Origin: Octopus vulgaris
Taxonomy: Eukaryota
NCBI GenBank assembly: GCA_951406725.2
Contig: OX597815.1
Span: 60,946,001 to 61,010,000 of the forward strand
DNA length: 64,000 bases
Direction: 5' to 3'
In this document: one piece after another, positions 13,399 through 26,286 of the stretch
How the letters are laid out: the number at the start of each line of letters is the position of its first letter
Numbering within the stretch: position 1 is the stretch's first letter
Translations under genes and position numbers: made by a program
The notes under the pieces: model-generated
Database searches by the model: none
Seen by the model: only the letters and a program-made list of their open reading frames with translations
Told to the model about the DNA's origin: nothing

Positions 13399-13497
13399 CT
13401 ACGTTTGTTCTTCAACCGTTGGCTTCCATGATAAACAGAGTGGTCGTTCTTTGCTGGTCGTAAACGAGAAACATGAACGTGGATGTCCACAAAAACC
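13399..13497 (-). CDS. Candidate terminal coding exon of an unknown gene (GFCGHPRSCFSFTTSKERPLCLSWKPTVEEQT*)
   Basis: Acceptor tttctttTAG at 13498-13499; phase 0 joins in frame with the exon ending at 15329; followed by mostly unique 3'-UTR-like DNA. Confidence 0.55.
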   Translation of the reverse strand, partial: GFCGHPRSCFSFTTSKERPLCLSWKPTVEEQT

Positions 13498-13548
13498 CTA
13501 AAAGAAATACCACAACACACCACCACCACCGCCGCCATCAACAGCAAT

Positions 13549-13579
<31 letters not shown>

Positions 13580-13582
13580 ATG

Positions 13583-13643
<61 letters not shown>

Positions 13644-14767
13644 TGATGATAATAATAATAATAATAATAATAATGATAATAATAATAATAATAATAATAA
13701 TGTTCTTTTCTTCTGTCTCGTTTTGATCTTGATCGTTATTTTTCAGACGTGATAAAAGAAACAAAAATAACATCAATAATAACTATGACAGAAACAACAA
13801 CAACAAAAACAACAAAGAGAACAATAAGAAAAACAAGAACAAAGATAATAATTGCAGCAATAACGACAATACGAATAAAATAACAAAAACTCGACACAGA
13901 GAAAAAAAATTTAAGCGACGACCACAACGATGACAACGATAACAATGTCACAAGCAAGGACGAAGTTAATGACGGATATGGTGACATTGATGATGATGAT
14001 GGTGGTGGTGGTGGTGATGATGAGAGATAGGAGGTGGCGGAAGCGGAAGAGGAAGAGGAGGTTCATGACGATCATGTTCATAATCAAGATGACGGCAGAA
14101 ACGACAATGATGATGATGACGATGACAATGAAGATGATGATTAGGATGATAACGGTGACTGGTGGTGATGGTGGTTTTGATGGTGATGATGAGGTGGATA
14201 AGATGGAGGAGGTGGAGAATCATGATGATCATGTTCATGATCTGGATGACGACGGCCACGACGGCAACGGTGATATCGACAACAACGTAGGATGATGACA
14301 ATGATAGTGGTGATCGTGATCGTGGTCATGATGACGACTACGACGACGACGACGATGATGATGATGATTACAAGTACGATAATGGAGATGACGTCGAACA
14401 CAACGATCACGAAGATAACCACAATAATTACAGTAGTTTTCATTGATCGAGAAGCTATTAACTCCCCCTCACTTTTCTCCTCCCCCTCCTGCTCATACTC
14501 CTCTCCCTGTTGTCTATTCTACTTACACCGCCACCCTTTAATCGATAGACTTCGCTGATTGTCTTCAAGAGATTGCTTTTCTTAAAATAAAAATTTGTTC
14601 TTATTATTCTTTTTTTACTGTTTGTAGTCATTGAACTGCGGCCATACTGGGACAATGTCTTGAACATCGGAAAAGGAGAAAAGTAGAATCAATATGGGAG
14701 TAAAGGGGCATAACTGCGGTGGAGCAGTATGTATGTATGTATGTATGTATGTATGTATGTATGCATA

Positions 14768-14966
14768 GACTGTGTGGTAAGCAACCACATGGCTCCAGGT
14801 TTAGTCCCACTGCGTGGTACCTTGAGAAATGTTTTCTACTTTAGCCTTGGACCTACCAAAGCCTTGTGAGTGAATATATTAGACGGAAACTGAAAGAAGC
14901 CCGTCTTATACATACATACATACATACATACATACACACACATATAAACATACATACATACCTATA

Positions 14967-14997
<31 letters not shown>

Positions 14998-15190
14998 CAT
15001 CGTCGTCATTTATGTATGTGCGTGTATCTTTGTGCTTGTGTTTGTTCCCCGCCGTCGGTTGACAACTGGTGTTGGTGTGTTTATGTCCCTGTAACTTTCA
15101 ACAAAAGACCCGAATAGAACAAAAACCAGGCTTAAACAGAACAACTACTGGAACCGTTCATTCGACTACAGTTATTCAACATTGCTACAG
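14768..15190 (+). mobile_element. SINE family A, degenerate
   Basis: ctgtgtggtaagc...agacggaaactgaaagaagcccgtc. Confidence 0.7.
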
Positions 15191-15328
15191 TGCCGAACAT
15201 GTAAGGAACTACGCAGGAACCTGTAAGTACAGTCACATGTGCAGATACATATACACACAAATGTGTATAGACTCCCGTGTAAATATTTACATATTGGCAT
15301 AAACACACTCACGCGCGCGCATACTCAC

Positions 15329-15583
15329 ACACTGATAACTTGTACGATGAAGGAAAGGTTCTCTCTCCTGCAATACAGGAGGAGGAGAACACATATGTGA
15401 CTTAAAAATTATACAGTGGCCAATGTTATTCTCGTTAAAAAAAGATACGAAGCTTATGGAATAAACATTTTTCACCACAGATACATCCAGAGTGTAACCA
15501 ACAATAACACTTTTGGGGCTATACAACAATAACTCGAAGGAATCTTCTGCGACAGTATGCTCATCTGAAATTGGTGAAAAGTA
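15329..15583 (-). CDS. Candidate internal coding exon (85 aa, YFSPISDEHT...HRTSYQC), weakly FN3-like
   Basis: Long polypyrimidine tract plus ttcAG acceptor (alternative acceptor at 15564); GTGAGT donor at 15328; open, non-repetitive frame. Confidence 0.6.
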
Positions 15584-16253
15584 CTGAAAGACAACAAGAA
15601 ACATAAAAAAAAACAACAGAAAACTCGAAGTAAATGGTAAGAGGATAATTGAAAGAGGACAGTATGAGAAACATGAAGAAAATGTAAGGCCTACCGCACA
15701 GACATTATTATTAAAACTAGGCAAATATACACCTGGATAATTTTCATGGGTATTACACAAACACATACAGACTCGTGTATGTGTACGTTTGTGATCGTTA
15801 GTTTATTTGTGTGTGTGCATATGTATATATCTCTGTGTAAGTATATTTACACACACACTCATATATATATATAAATATAATATATAATATAATATATATA
15901 TATATATACATACATACATACATACATACATACATACATACATACGTACATACATATATTTATATAGAAACGTAAATGGAACCTTCTTAATAAAAGATTA
16001 TTTCATGTGATACAGTGACAAACACCAGTTGTGTGTATATATGTGTGACCGCCCGCGCATTCGTGTGTGAGTTTTTGTGTGTGTGTTTCTAGTCTGAGAT
16101 ATTGTATGTTTGTGTCGCTACTTCTCAGTATCAGCGTGTATATATATTCATAGGAATATATGTAAGGAAAAGAACCAACACATACACACAAGCACTCGCA
16201 TACACATAGGAACATACACACACATTTATGTATATATATATATATGTATATGT

Positions 16254-16327
<74 letters not shown>

Positions 16328-16496
16328 GTACACACATATATATGTACACACATATATATATATGTGTGTACTTATACACACATATATATACATATACGCC
16401 AAACACATACATTTTTTACATAGATATTTACATATAAATATACATACATGTGCGCGTTTATATGTGTGTATATATGTGCATGTATACATAATGCAC

Positions 16497-16547
<51 letters not shown>

Positions 16548-16922
16548 CATATGTATGTGCACTATATATGTATGTATTCTAAACACTCACACACATACAC
16601 GAAGCAAGGGAAACAAGGGATTTAGTCAGTGGAAGTGAATGTGAGCTGTGGGGATTTCAGTGACTTGTTGTTTTGATTGGTGGCGACAACGCAACTGGGA
16701 ATATCCGGGCAACCAAACAAATGTTGGCTTACAACTGATGTTTCAACAAGCCGCCAGCTGGCGCCACATACACATCAAGGCTATAAACAGCACCAGCAGC
16801 AGAGCCAGTAGAGAAGGTGGTGGTGGTGGTTGTGTTGGTGATGGTGGTGGTAAATATGTGTCGGTAAAAGGGAAAAGAATCCACGTTGCTTATGGAGGTT
16901 GTGTGATGGCGAGTGATCTTCA

Positions 16923-16978
<56 letters not shown>

Positions 16979-17052
16979 CGTGTGTGCGTGTGTTTACGTG
17001 TGTGCAAATGTATTTATATATTATTTTACATAAGGATATATATGTATATATT

Positions 17053-17089
<37 letters not shown>

Positions 17090-17841
17090 TGAAGAGGGGT
17101 TGGTTTTGCAATAGAAGAGAGATTTCCGATGGTGCAATGGTCGAAGTAGTGGTGGTGATAATTTTGTTGTTGCTGTTGGTAGTTGTAGTGGTGGTGGTGG
17201 TGGTGGTGATCGTCGTCGTCGTGGCGGCGGCGGCAGCGGTGGTCGTGGTGGTGGTGGTGGAGGAGGAGGAAATTGGTAGGGGGAAAACAATGATAAAAGG
17301 GATATTACGATATGTTGTTATTTAGTCCCAGATCAGCCTTAATTGCGCTTATCTATGATAAAAGATACCCCATCCGTGACCACCTCGGCCTTTCCCTACG
17401 TATAATGAATTCAGGACACCATAACATAATGGTAGCAGTCGGTTATTTGGCGGAGAGTCGACTGCTAATACCAGCAGTTTGAGCGACCAATTAGATGCTC
17501 TCCCTTGTTGATTCAGAATTTTAATGTTTTGGGTGCCGAGAGTGATGGCGATTATTATTGGCCGTGGTGGTATGTAGCTGTAGTGTTGGTGGGAGCTAGT
17601 TGTGATGGTGGAATTGGCAGAGGTCAAGATGATGACTTGGTTGTGACCTCGATAGCAGTGATGTTATTGCTGTTGGAGATGGTGGTGATGGTGGTATTTT
17701 CAATGGTAGGATTGATATTGAGGTTGGAGACGTTCTTGGATTACAGACGTTAGTTATACAGCTATATTGGTGCCAATGGAGATTGAAGTCATAGAAACTT
17801 TTAACTGGCGATGGGACTGATTCTGGGAATTCTCAGAGTTG

Positions 17842-18250
17842 GCGGCGGTGAGCTGGTTGAATCGTTGGTACGCCGGACAAAATGCTTAGCCTAATTTGAA
17901 CTCAGAAAGTACAAATCCCACCTATGTTTACTTTGCTTTTTACCTTTTCGGGGTCAATGAAATTAGTACAAGTTGAGTACTGAGGTTGATGTAATAGACA
18001 AGCCCCCTCTCCCAAAATGTCAGGTCTTGTGCCATCGTAGAAAGAATTACTTTTGTTATTATTGTTATCGGATAAAATGCTTTGCGGTAAATCTTCCGAT
18101 TATTTACGTTCTGAATTTCAAAGCAGTCGATCTAAACTTTGCCTTTTGTCCATCTGGTGGGTCGATAAAATAAAGTACCAGTCAAGCACTGGGGTCAATG
18201 GTTTCGACTAAGCCCCCTCCCTTCTTAATTGTAAGCCTTATCTCGAAATG
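17842..18250 (+). mobile_element. Two degenerate SINE B copies
   Basis: ggcggtgagctgg...; gtcgataaaataaagtacca. Confidence 0.65.
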
Positions 18251-19274
18251 AGAAACAACTGTTGTTTTGGTGAAGTTGATTTGGTTCTGATAAGTGGTAG
18301 TGGCTGTGGCGGTTGTGATGGTGCTCATTAATATTCGTTGTAGATAATTGTGTTGAGAATGGGGATATAGTGACTGTATGGTGTCGGTGGTGGTGGTGGT
18401 GGTGGCGGCGGCGGCGGCGGTGGTGGTGGTGGTGGTGGTGGTGGTGGTGTTGGTGGTGGTGGTGGTGCTGGTGGTAGTAGTGGTGGTGGTGGTGATGGTG
18501 GTGGTGGTGATGGTGGTGGTGCTGGTGGTGGTGCTGGTGCTGGTACTGGTGGTGCTGGTTGTTTTGTTTGTGGTAATTGAAAAAATATCGGAAGGGTAAG
18601 AGAGTGAAAAAAACACAAAACTAGGTGAGACGACAATAGCGAAGTCAGATGTCGTTATTGCTGTTGTTGTTTGTGGTTGTGGTGGTGGTGGTGGTTGTGG
18701 TGGTGGTGGTGGTGGTGGTGGTGGTAGTGTTGGGTGGCGAATAAAAGAAGGTGATCGTTTGGGTGATAGTAGTAGTATTGTTAATGGCGGTATTGGTGTC
18801 GGTAGCGAAAACTGCGATTGTCGTGGTATTTATTATCAATTTTATTGGGTTTCTTTTATTCCCTTTTTTCATTCATTTCAGCAGTTGGTTGTATCGTCAT
18901 CGACGCAATCATGATCATGACCATGATCATCGTCATCATCATTGTTATCGTCGTCGTTATCGTCGTCATTTTCATCATCATCACCACCACCACCACCATT
19001 AACGCATATATATGTTTGCTAGTAAAACTGTATACATATTAAAAATAACATGGTGTGATAAGTGATTGCAATGAAATATTAATATATAATTATATTTGCA
19101 CATGTAGATGTATGTATATGCGTATGTGTGTATGTGTCTGCGTGTACATACATCCATATAAATATACACCCACACATACACATATAGATAGATAGATGTG
19201 TGGTAGTCTCATATACATACTTATGTGTGTGTATATATATATATATATTTATATATACATACATTTATACATAT

Positions 19275-19335
<61 letters not shown>

Positions 19336-19340
<5 letters not shown>

Positions 19341-20062
19341 TAAATTTTAGGGTAGCAAAAATTTCTAGAAATATTCTCCACTACCAGCGGTCAAGTGAGA
19401 AAGAAAAAATAGTCAATAGACTATGTAATATACATTCAAACATATAAGGGGTGGCCATAATAGGACATCCGACTCACTAGAAAGAGCAGTTAAACTCCAA
19501 ACCACTAATAGTCCAGAAAGGATAGGGTAAACGTTTTTATTTCTCTTTCCATTTCAGAATTACAACTATTAGTGGTTTGGAGTTTAACTGCTATTTCTAG
19601 TGAGTCGGATGTCCAACTATGGCCATCTCTTATATGTTTGAATGTATATTATATAGTCTATTGACTATTTTTTCTTTCTCACTTGACCGCTGGTTGTGGA
19701 GAATTTTTCTAGAATTTTTTGCTACCCTAAAATTTATTAATTAATGATTTTTTGGCTAATTTTGAAATTAAATCGGCAGTTTATATTTACTGTTGAGAAG
19801 ACCGCGCGAGAGTGGTGGATTTTGAAAAGTTATAGCATATAGACTCGAATCATGGCTTTCTGCTGAAGAGTGCAACGCCAGTCGTAAATAAATTTATTTT
19901 ATTTACTAAAAATTGCCGAAACTATGCATAGTCCAGAAAGGATAGGGTAAACGTTTTTATTTCTCTTTCCATTACAGAATTACAACTATTAGTGGTTTGG
20001 AGTTTAACTGCTCTTTCTGGTGAGTCGGATGCCCTATTATGGCCATCCACTATATGTTTGAA
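19336..20062 (+). mobile_element. Retrozyme-like / non-autonomous Penelope unit: inverted 5' copy plus about 1.3 tandem copies of a 420-bp monomer
   Basis: 19336-19512 is the reverse complement of 19565-19741; direct repeat at 19508/19928 (period 420). Confidence 0.75.
19856..19940 (+). ncRNA. Type-I hammerhead ribozyme, canonical core
   Basis: ctttctg-CTGAAGA-long stem II-GAAA-ctatgcatag-TC-cagaaag; 7-bp stem I; palindromic stem III; predicted cleavage after 19933. Confidence 0.85.
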
Positions 20063-20389
20063 TATATATATATATATATAAGAAATTAAAAAAGGAAAAT
20101 ACGCACACTTACATGGTTTTAATATTCATGATATTATGTTTTATCTATTTGAATATATATTTTTTAAGAAGAAATTTGGTCCATGTTGTGTGTGATGAAG
20201 TTCACGAGTGAATGACTTCACAAGTAGACACATAAAGGGAGGTAATTGGTTGTGATTATTGTTATTGTTGTGTGTAACGGAGATAACAGTTCAGCTTTCG
20301 GTAATGGGTGGGGATTAAATATGTGTACAGAAAAGAGACAGGTTTTAAAAATCCTTGTTTAGTAGGGGATTTATGTACAATGATGTAAG

Positions 20390-22450
20390 ACTACGACAAC
20401 GAAGATGAATCACTCGTCAAAAACAGAAGTAATTACCTTCCACATAAGGGTAGGAATAAAACACTGGATGACTTCTGCAACCATATCCAAAATTTCCCCT
20501 ACACATCCATTAAACGAAAAATTAATCCTAACCTCAACAATCTAGAATGGAAAAATCTGACTGAACTAAAAAACGACAAAGACCTGACAATTAAAGAAGC
20601 TGACAAAGGAAGTGCTGTAGTTCTGGACACAGAACACTATAAAAAACTAGTACTTTCCATATTGGGAAACGAGGCCTTCTACGAAAAAGTTATAAACTAT
20701 AAACAACAAAAAACAATGAAAAATCTTGCATCCTTAATTCTTCTACATGGAAAAGGCCTGACAGAAAAAGAAACAGACTATATCACGAACTTCAAATGTA
20801 AACCCAGTCTTTTTTATGGCCTCCCTAAAATACACAAGAAGAAGATAATCAATGAAGCCTGCAAACAATCACCAGGCAAATATATAAATATCCAAACGCC
20901 AGAAGACTTGTAGCTGGGCCGGCCTGTGAAACCCACCGACTAAGCAATTTTCTAGACATCCTACTGAAACCCTTGCTGAAATACACCAAAAGCTTCATTA
21001 GGGATGATTTAGACATGCTTAGAACACCTACCAAAAATAATTAATGAAGAGGCAATATTGGTTACCCTCGATGTTATCAATGTTTACACCAACATCCCCC
21101 ATGACTATGGAATAAAAGCAATTAAATTCTGGTTGGAAAAGTACCCCGAAGTCCTCCCGGAACGCATAAACCAGATTTTTATTATTGAATCCTTAAAATT
21201 TATACTTCAGAACAATTATTTCCTATTTGATGACACATACTATCGTCAGATATGCGGAATTGCGATGGGGACAAAAGCAGCTCTTGTTCTTGCGAACCTA
21301 ATAATGGGTTATTTTGAATTCACCGTATATGAAGTATCACTTCAGAAATATGGTTACACATTTTACCTCTACATAAGAGAAAATTGGAAGCGATACCTGG
21401 ATGACTGCTTTATCATCTGGAAGGAGAACATCGACAAACTTTTGGATTTCAAAACAACACTAAATGACATAAATAGTAACATTCAGTTCACAATGGAATA
21501 TAATAAAGAACAACTTCCTTTTTTAGACATCATGATAGAAAAAGTCAACAATGAAATCATAACTGACATTTATTATAAACCAACTGACGCAAAACAATAC
21601 CTTCTTTTTAACTCATGCCACCCGAAACACATAAAAATAAACATCCCTTTTAACTTAGCAAAAAGGATCTGCACAATAGTGTCTGAGAGAACAACTCGGG
21701 ACCTTCGTCTTCAAGACCTCAAAACAACACTTATTGAAAGACAATATCCACCCTCTCTTATCGACGAGGGAATTAAACGTGCCAAACAGTTAGACACAAA
21801 AACACTAAGAACAAAAAAACATAGCACCACACCTCAAACCAAAACATTACTTTTTATATCAACACACAACCCCGGAAACAGTGAGGCATTCAACACTATT
21901 GTGCAAACTCTCCCTTTACTAACTAGAGATCCAAAAATGAACGACATCCTGAAAACACACAAATTCATCAAATGCAAAAAACAAGACAAATCGCTAAAGA
22001 GACAACTAACAAATGCGAAGCTTTACAAAACAACCACGAAACCAACGGTTGAAAAATGTGGACACCCGAACTGTAGAACTTGCCCCAACCTGCTTGAAGG
22101 CTCGGATTTCCTTTTCAAACAAGGACAGAGGTTCACAATTAAAACTAGTTTCACCTGTGCCTCTGAGAACCTAATTTATGTAATAACCTGCTCGGGTTGC
22201 GGTCATCAGTACATTGGACAAACGAGTATGGCTTTGAGAAAGAGAATCACTCTACATAAGGAGCAAATCCGTTTCCCGCAATACAGACAAATTCCTCACA
22301 GTGAACACATAGAAAAATGTGCAGGTAACATCAAACCAAATTTCATAGTCTTCCCTTTCTACCAGTGCAAAGACGCAATCTCTCAACTAGAACATTTAAA
22401 TAAAAAAAACTTTTTTCATTGAAAAATACAAAACACTTCTTAATATGGAC
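20390..22450 (+). pseudogene. PLE reverse transcriptase plus GIY-YIG endonuclease, frameshifted
   Basis: IKEADKG, FYGLPKIHK, LDV..YTNIPH, GIAMGT, RYLDD, YYKPT, CGHPNCRTC, LIYVITC..QYIGQT. Confidence 0.93.
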
Positions 22451-22815
22451 GCATAACCAACTTTTATATTTTTGCATATCCCATTCACGATTACATCACT
22501 GTACATAAATAAATCCCCTAGTAAACAAGGTTTTTTAAAACCTGTCTCTTTTCTGTACACATATTTAATCCCCACCCATTACCGAAAGCTGAACTGTTAT
22601 CTCCGTTACACACAACAATAACAATAATAACAACCAGTTACTTCCCTTTATGTGTCTACTTGTGAAGTCATTCACTCGTGAATTTCATCACACACAACAT
22701 GGACCAAATTTCTTCTTAACAAAAAATATATATTCAAATAAATAAAACATAATATCATGAATAGCGATAGCGAAACCGATGGATATATTAAAAATTATAT
22801 TAAAACCATGTAAGT

Positions 22816-23220
22816 AGGCGCAGGAGTGGCTGTGTGGTAGGTAGCTTGTTTACCAACCACATGGTTCCGGGTTCAGTACCACTGCGTTGCACCTTGGGCA
22901 AGCGTCTTCTACTATAGCCTCGGACCGACCAAAGCCTTGTGAGTGGATTTGGTAGACGAAAACTGAAAGAAGCCTGTCGTATATATGTACATATATATAT
23001 ATGCGTGAGTGTTTGTGTGTCTGTGTTTGTCCCCCTAGCATTGCTTGGCAACCGATGCTGGTGTGTTTATGTCCCCGTTACTTAGCGGTTCAGCAAAAGA
23101 GACCGATAGAATAAGTACTGGGCTTACAAAAGAATAAGTCCTGGGGTCGAGTTGCTCGATTGAGGGCGGTGCTCCAGCATGGCCGCAGTCTGAAACAAGT
23201 AAAAGAGAAAAAGAGAGAGA
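22816..23220 (+). mobile_element. SINE family A, full length, inserted in the PLE repeat
   Basis: Complete head-to-tail copy; the PLE repeat resumes after it. Confidence 0.9.
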
Positions 23221-23437
23221 AGTGTGCGTATTTTCCTTTTTTAATTTCTTATATACATTACAACCCACCACGTGGTGATAATCGAAATTCCTCTTTTCTG
23301 TTACTACTACTATATGTATATATATATATATATATAAAGTTAATCCAAACATGAAACACAAAGAGAAAACACAACAACGCGAGGACGTGGAACAAGTATA
23401 GTATTATTGGACGCTCAGGAAAGAAGGAAAGAAGTAA

Positions 23438-23473
23438 GGTTTAACGTTTCGAGCGGAGCTTTTCGTCAGAAAC
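23438..23473 (-). ncRNA. Minimal Penelope-type hammerhead
   Basis: gttt-CTGACGA-a-aagc(tcc)gctc-GAAA-cg-T-T-aaac; AACGTT palindrome. Confidence 0.65.
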
Positions 23474-24322
23474 ATAGGAACAGGAAAGATCCAAAGAAGG
23501 GAAGACGGAGGGAAAAAAATCGCCAACGGTACACACGCGGGCACATTTTGAATGACCGGAAAGGAATGGGTGAAGAAAAAGTTCTTTCAAAGACAGGAGA
23601 GTGCAAGAGGAGGTATGTGTGTGTAAGTGTGTATGTGTGCGTGCGCGCAGGTTTGCGTGTGCGTGTGTGTGTATGTGTGTATGTGTGCACTGATAACACG
23701 TGTGTGTGTGTATGTGTGTGTGTGTGGTTGTAGCTGTTAATCTATGTTGCGGTAGGGATTAGTATTGTTTAAGGTCAAGGAAGAAGGAATTAGGAGTGGC
23801 TCTTGTGTCTATCTACTCATGTGGAAGAATGGTCAGTGAAAGGTACTGGTAGTTTGAAGTATGTGTGTGTGTGCATGTATATATATGTATTGTGTGTGTG
23901 TTTTCTTTGTAGTGTGTGTGTGTGTATGTATGTGTGTGTTCGTGCGTGTATGCGTAAAGTTTGTGTGTGTGGCGAATAACTGTGCTTTACTTTGTGTATG
24001 TGTGCGTGTGTGCTTGTATGTGCGTATGTGTGTATGCATGTATGTATAATTGTGTGCGTGTATATATGAGTGTATGCTGTGTGTATGGGATGTATGTGTG
24101 GGTTCATTTGTGTGTGTGTGTATGTGTGTATATGCATGCCTGTCGTACGTGCGTGTAGTTGTGTGTGCGTGTATGTGTGCGTGTGTATGTGTGTGTGTGC
24201 GTATGTGGGTGTATATACGTGTATCCGTGGGGTTGTGAGTGTTAGGTGTGTGCATTCGTGTGCGTATCAGGATATATGTTTCATATATATGCTTACATAC
24301 ATACGCGCACACATACACACAT

Positions 24323-24353
<31 letters not shown>

Positions 24354-24654
24354 TATATAAATTTATACGTAGATGTAGGATGTTGGAATGAGTGGATAGA
24401 TAATTGGTGGATAGATAATTTCTTTATTTGTGAATTAAGGCTACCGTTGGTTTCATGTTAAGAAGCGTAGTAAAATATCCAAGTATCTTAACAATATTTC
24501 AGCCTCCATTTTGGAAAACAATATCCCTATATATATATATATCCAATCTCCATATATATATATATATATATATATATGTACGTATGTATGTACGTATGTA
24601 TGTACGTATGTATTTATGTATGTATGTATGTATGTATGTATGTATGTATGTATA

Positions 24655-25676
24655 AAATAATATCAAAGGGTAACCTGAAATATTAGAAATTTCCATTACA
24701 AGTGGCCTAGCGTGTAAAAAATTTAGTCAATAGACTATATATTATTCATATGTATATAGTGTACATATATAGTGTACACAAAAGTGGTATCCATCATAGG
24801 ACTACCTGCACGCTAGAGAGGCCTGTTAAATACCAAACTACTACTAAGGATAAAATTTCCAATGGAATGAAAATATAAACATTTACCATCTAACTCGTAG
24901 ACCAATGGTTTCAGATTTTTTTAGTAAATAAAATAATTTTGTAGGCGAAGCCTTCTTCAGCAGGTACACCTTTGATTAAATATATATACACGAGGTAATC
25001 CAGTAAATGCCCTGTGCTTATACATTCTAATAATTTTCCAAATCTACTGCGAATGGAATGAAAAATAGTTAGATTGTAAATGTTTTTATCTTTCATTCCA
25101 TTCGACATTTTATCCCTAGTAGTGGTTTGGAATTTAACTGTCCTCTCTAGAGGGGAAGGTATTCCTATGATGGATATCTCTTTTGTGTTTAAATGTACAC
25201 TGCATTTATATGAAGAATATATAGTCTATTGACTAATTTTTTTTACATACTAGGCCACTGGTAATGGAAATTTCTAATATTTCAGATTACCCTTTCATAT
25301 TATTAATTATTGATAAATTTTTTCTTTGGATGATTTTCGAAATGAAAAAGCCGGCATATTTATTTACTGCCGACAGGGAGCTGCGCTTGCGCGGTAGATT
25401 TGAAAAATTAGAATGTATAAGCACAGGGCATATACTGGATTGCCTTGTGTATATATATTTAATCAAAGGTATACCTGCTGATGAAGGCTTCGCTTAGCAA
25501 ATTATTTTATTTGCTAAAGAAGTCTGAAACCATTGGCCCACGAGTTAGATGATAAAATTTTTTATTTTTCATTCCATTGGAAATGTTATCCCTAGTAGTG
25601 GTTTGGAATTTAACTGTCCTCTCTAGCGTGCAGGTAGTCCTATGATGGAAACCTCTTTTGTGTTTAAATGTACACT
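24655..25676 (+). mobile_element. Retrozyme-like unit related to 19.3 kb: inverted copy plus partial tandem (period about 476)
   Basis: 24655-25050 is inverted relative to downstream; direct repeat at 25067/25543; hammerhead cores at 25478 (+, CTGATGA..GAAA) and 24893-24968 (-, CTGAAGA..GAAA..GTC). Confidence 0.7.
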
Positions 25677-25981
25677 ATATATATATGTGTGTATGTGTGT
25701 GTGAGTGTGTGTATGTATTTATGTATGCGTGCATGCGTTCGTGTGTGTGTGTGTGTGAGCATAAATAGAATCTGTATTATGCTAAGAAACAGTTCATAGT
25801 ACCAGGGTTTCCGACTCGAGTCAAATATAACAAATTACTCCAAATCGTTGTTATAGTATCCGCATAAATGGAGTCTAGAAAGGGTAGAACGCTAGAAGTG
25901 AAACTAGCACGGTGAAGAGGACTTCCTCAAAGCGCCAGGTGTTAAAACAACTGAAAGTCATAGATAGGCGAGACAACTCAC

Positions 25982-26184
25982 ACTGAATCCCATTCAGGAG
26001 CGATGGACATCGATGTTTCGCTATTTTCGTAGCTTATCAGTACCACGTATCTGAACAAATTGGGGGCGTACTGCATCATCAGTCCATAGCTATTTACAAA
26101 TAGTGTAAAAAAAAAAAATCTGTGATGGAGCATCCCCATCGCTCCATTTTGCAGCCTACCGGTGAACAAACTATAAGTATTCAT
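25982..26184 (-). CDS. Candidate first coding exon with signal-peptide-like N-terminus (..MGMLHHRFFFFTLFVNSYG..APEWDS)
   Basis: Only open frame in a unique island; ends at GTGTGAGT (two possible donors); TATAAAA about 100 bp upstream. Confidence 0.4.
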
Positions 26185-26278
26185 TGAGTATGCGTGTTCT
26201 GTAATGTTTACAACACTAGTACTGTTTCTAATTCATGTTTGAATTTATGCTTACGTAATTATACCAGCAAGTGGTTTA

Positions 26279-26286
26279 TTTTTATA
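26279..26286 (-). promoter_or_regulatory. Possible TATA box for the candidate gene
   Basis: TATAAAAA on the minus strand upstream of the ATG at 26184. Confidence 0.25.

Larger units (their letters stand above)
20081..23250 (+). mobile_element. Penelope-like element (Neptune-like), 5'-truncated, with inverted copy of its 3' end
   Basis: 20081-20388 is the reverse complement of 22491-22815 plus 23221-23250 (right copy split by a SINE). Confidence 0.9.

Noticed and set aside
16733-16780. Possible 48-bp minus-strand exon (tatAG..GTAAGC; LDVYVAPAGGLLKHQ)
   Set aside because: Weak acceptor; being symmetric, it does not resolve the phase mismatch of the gene model
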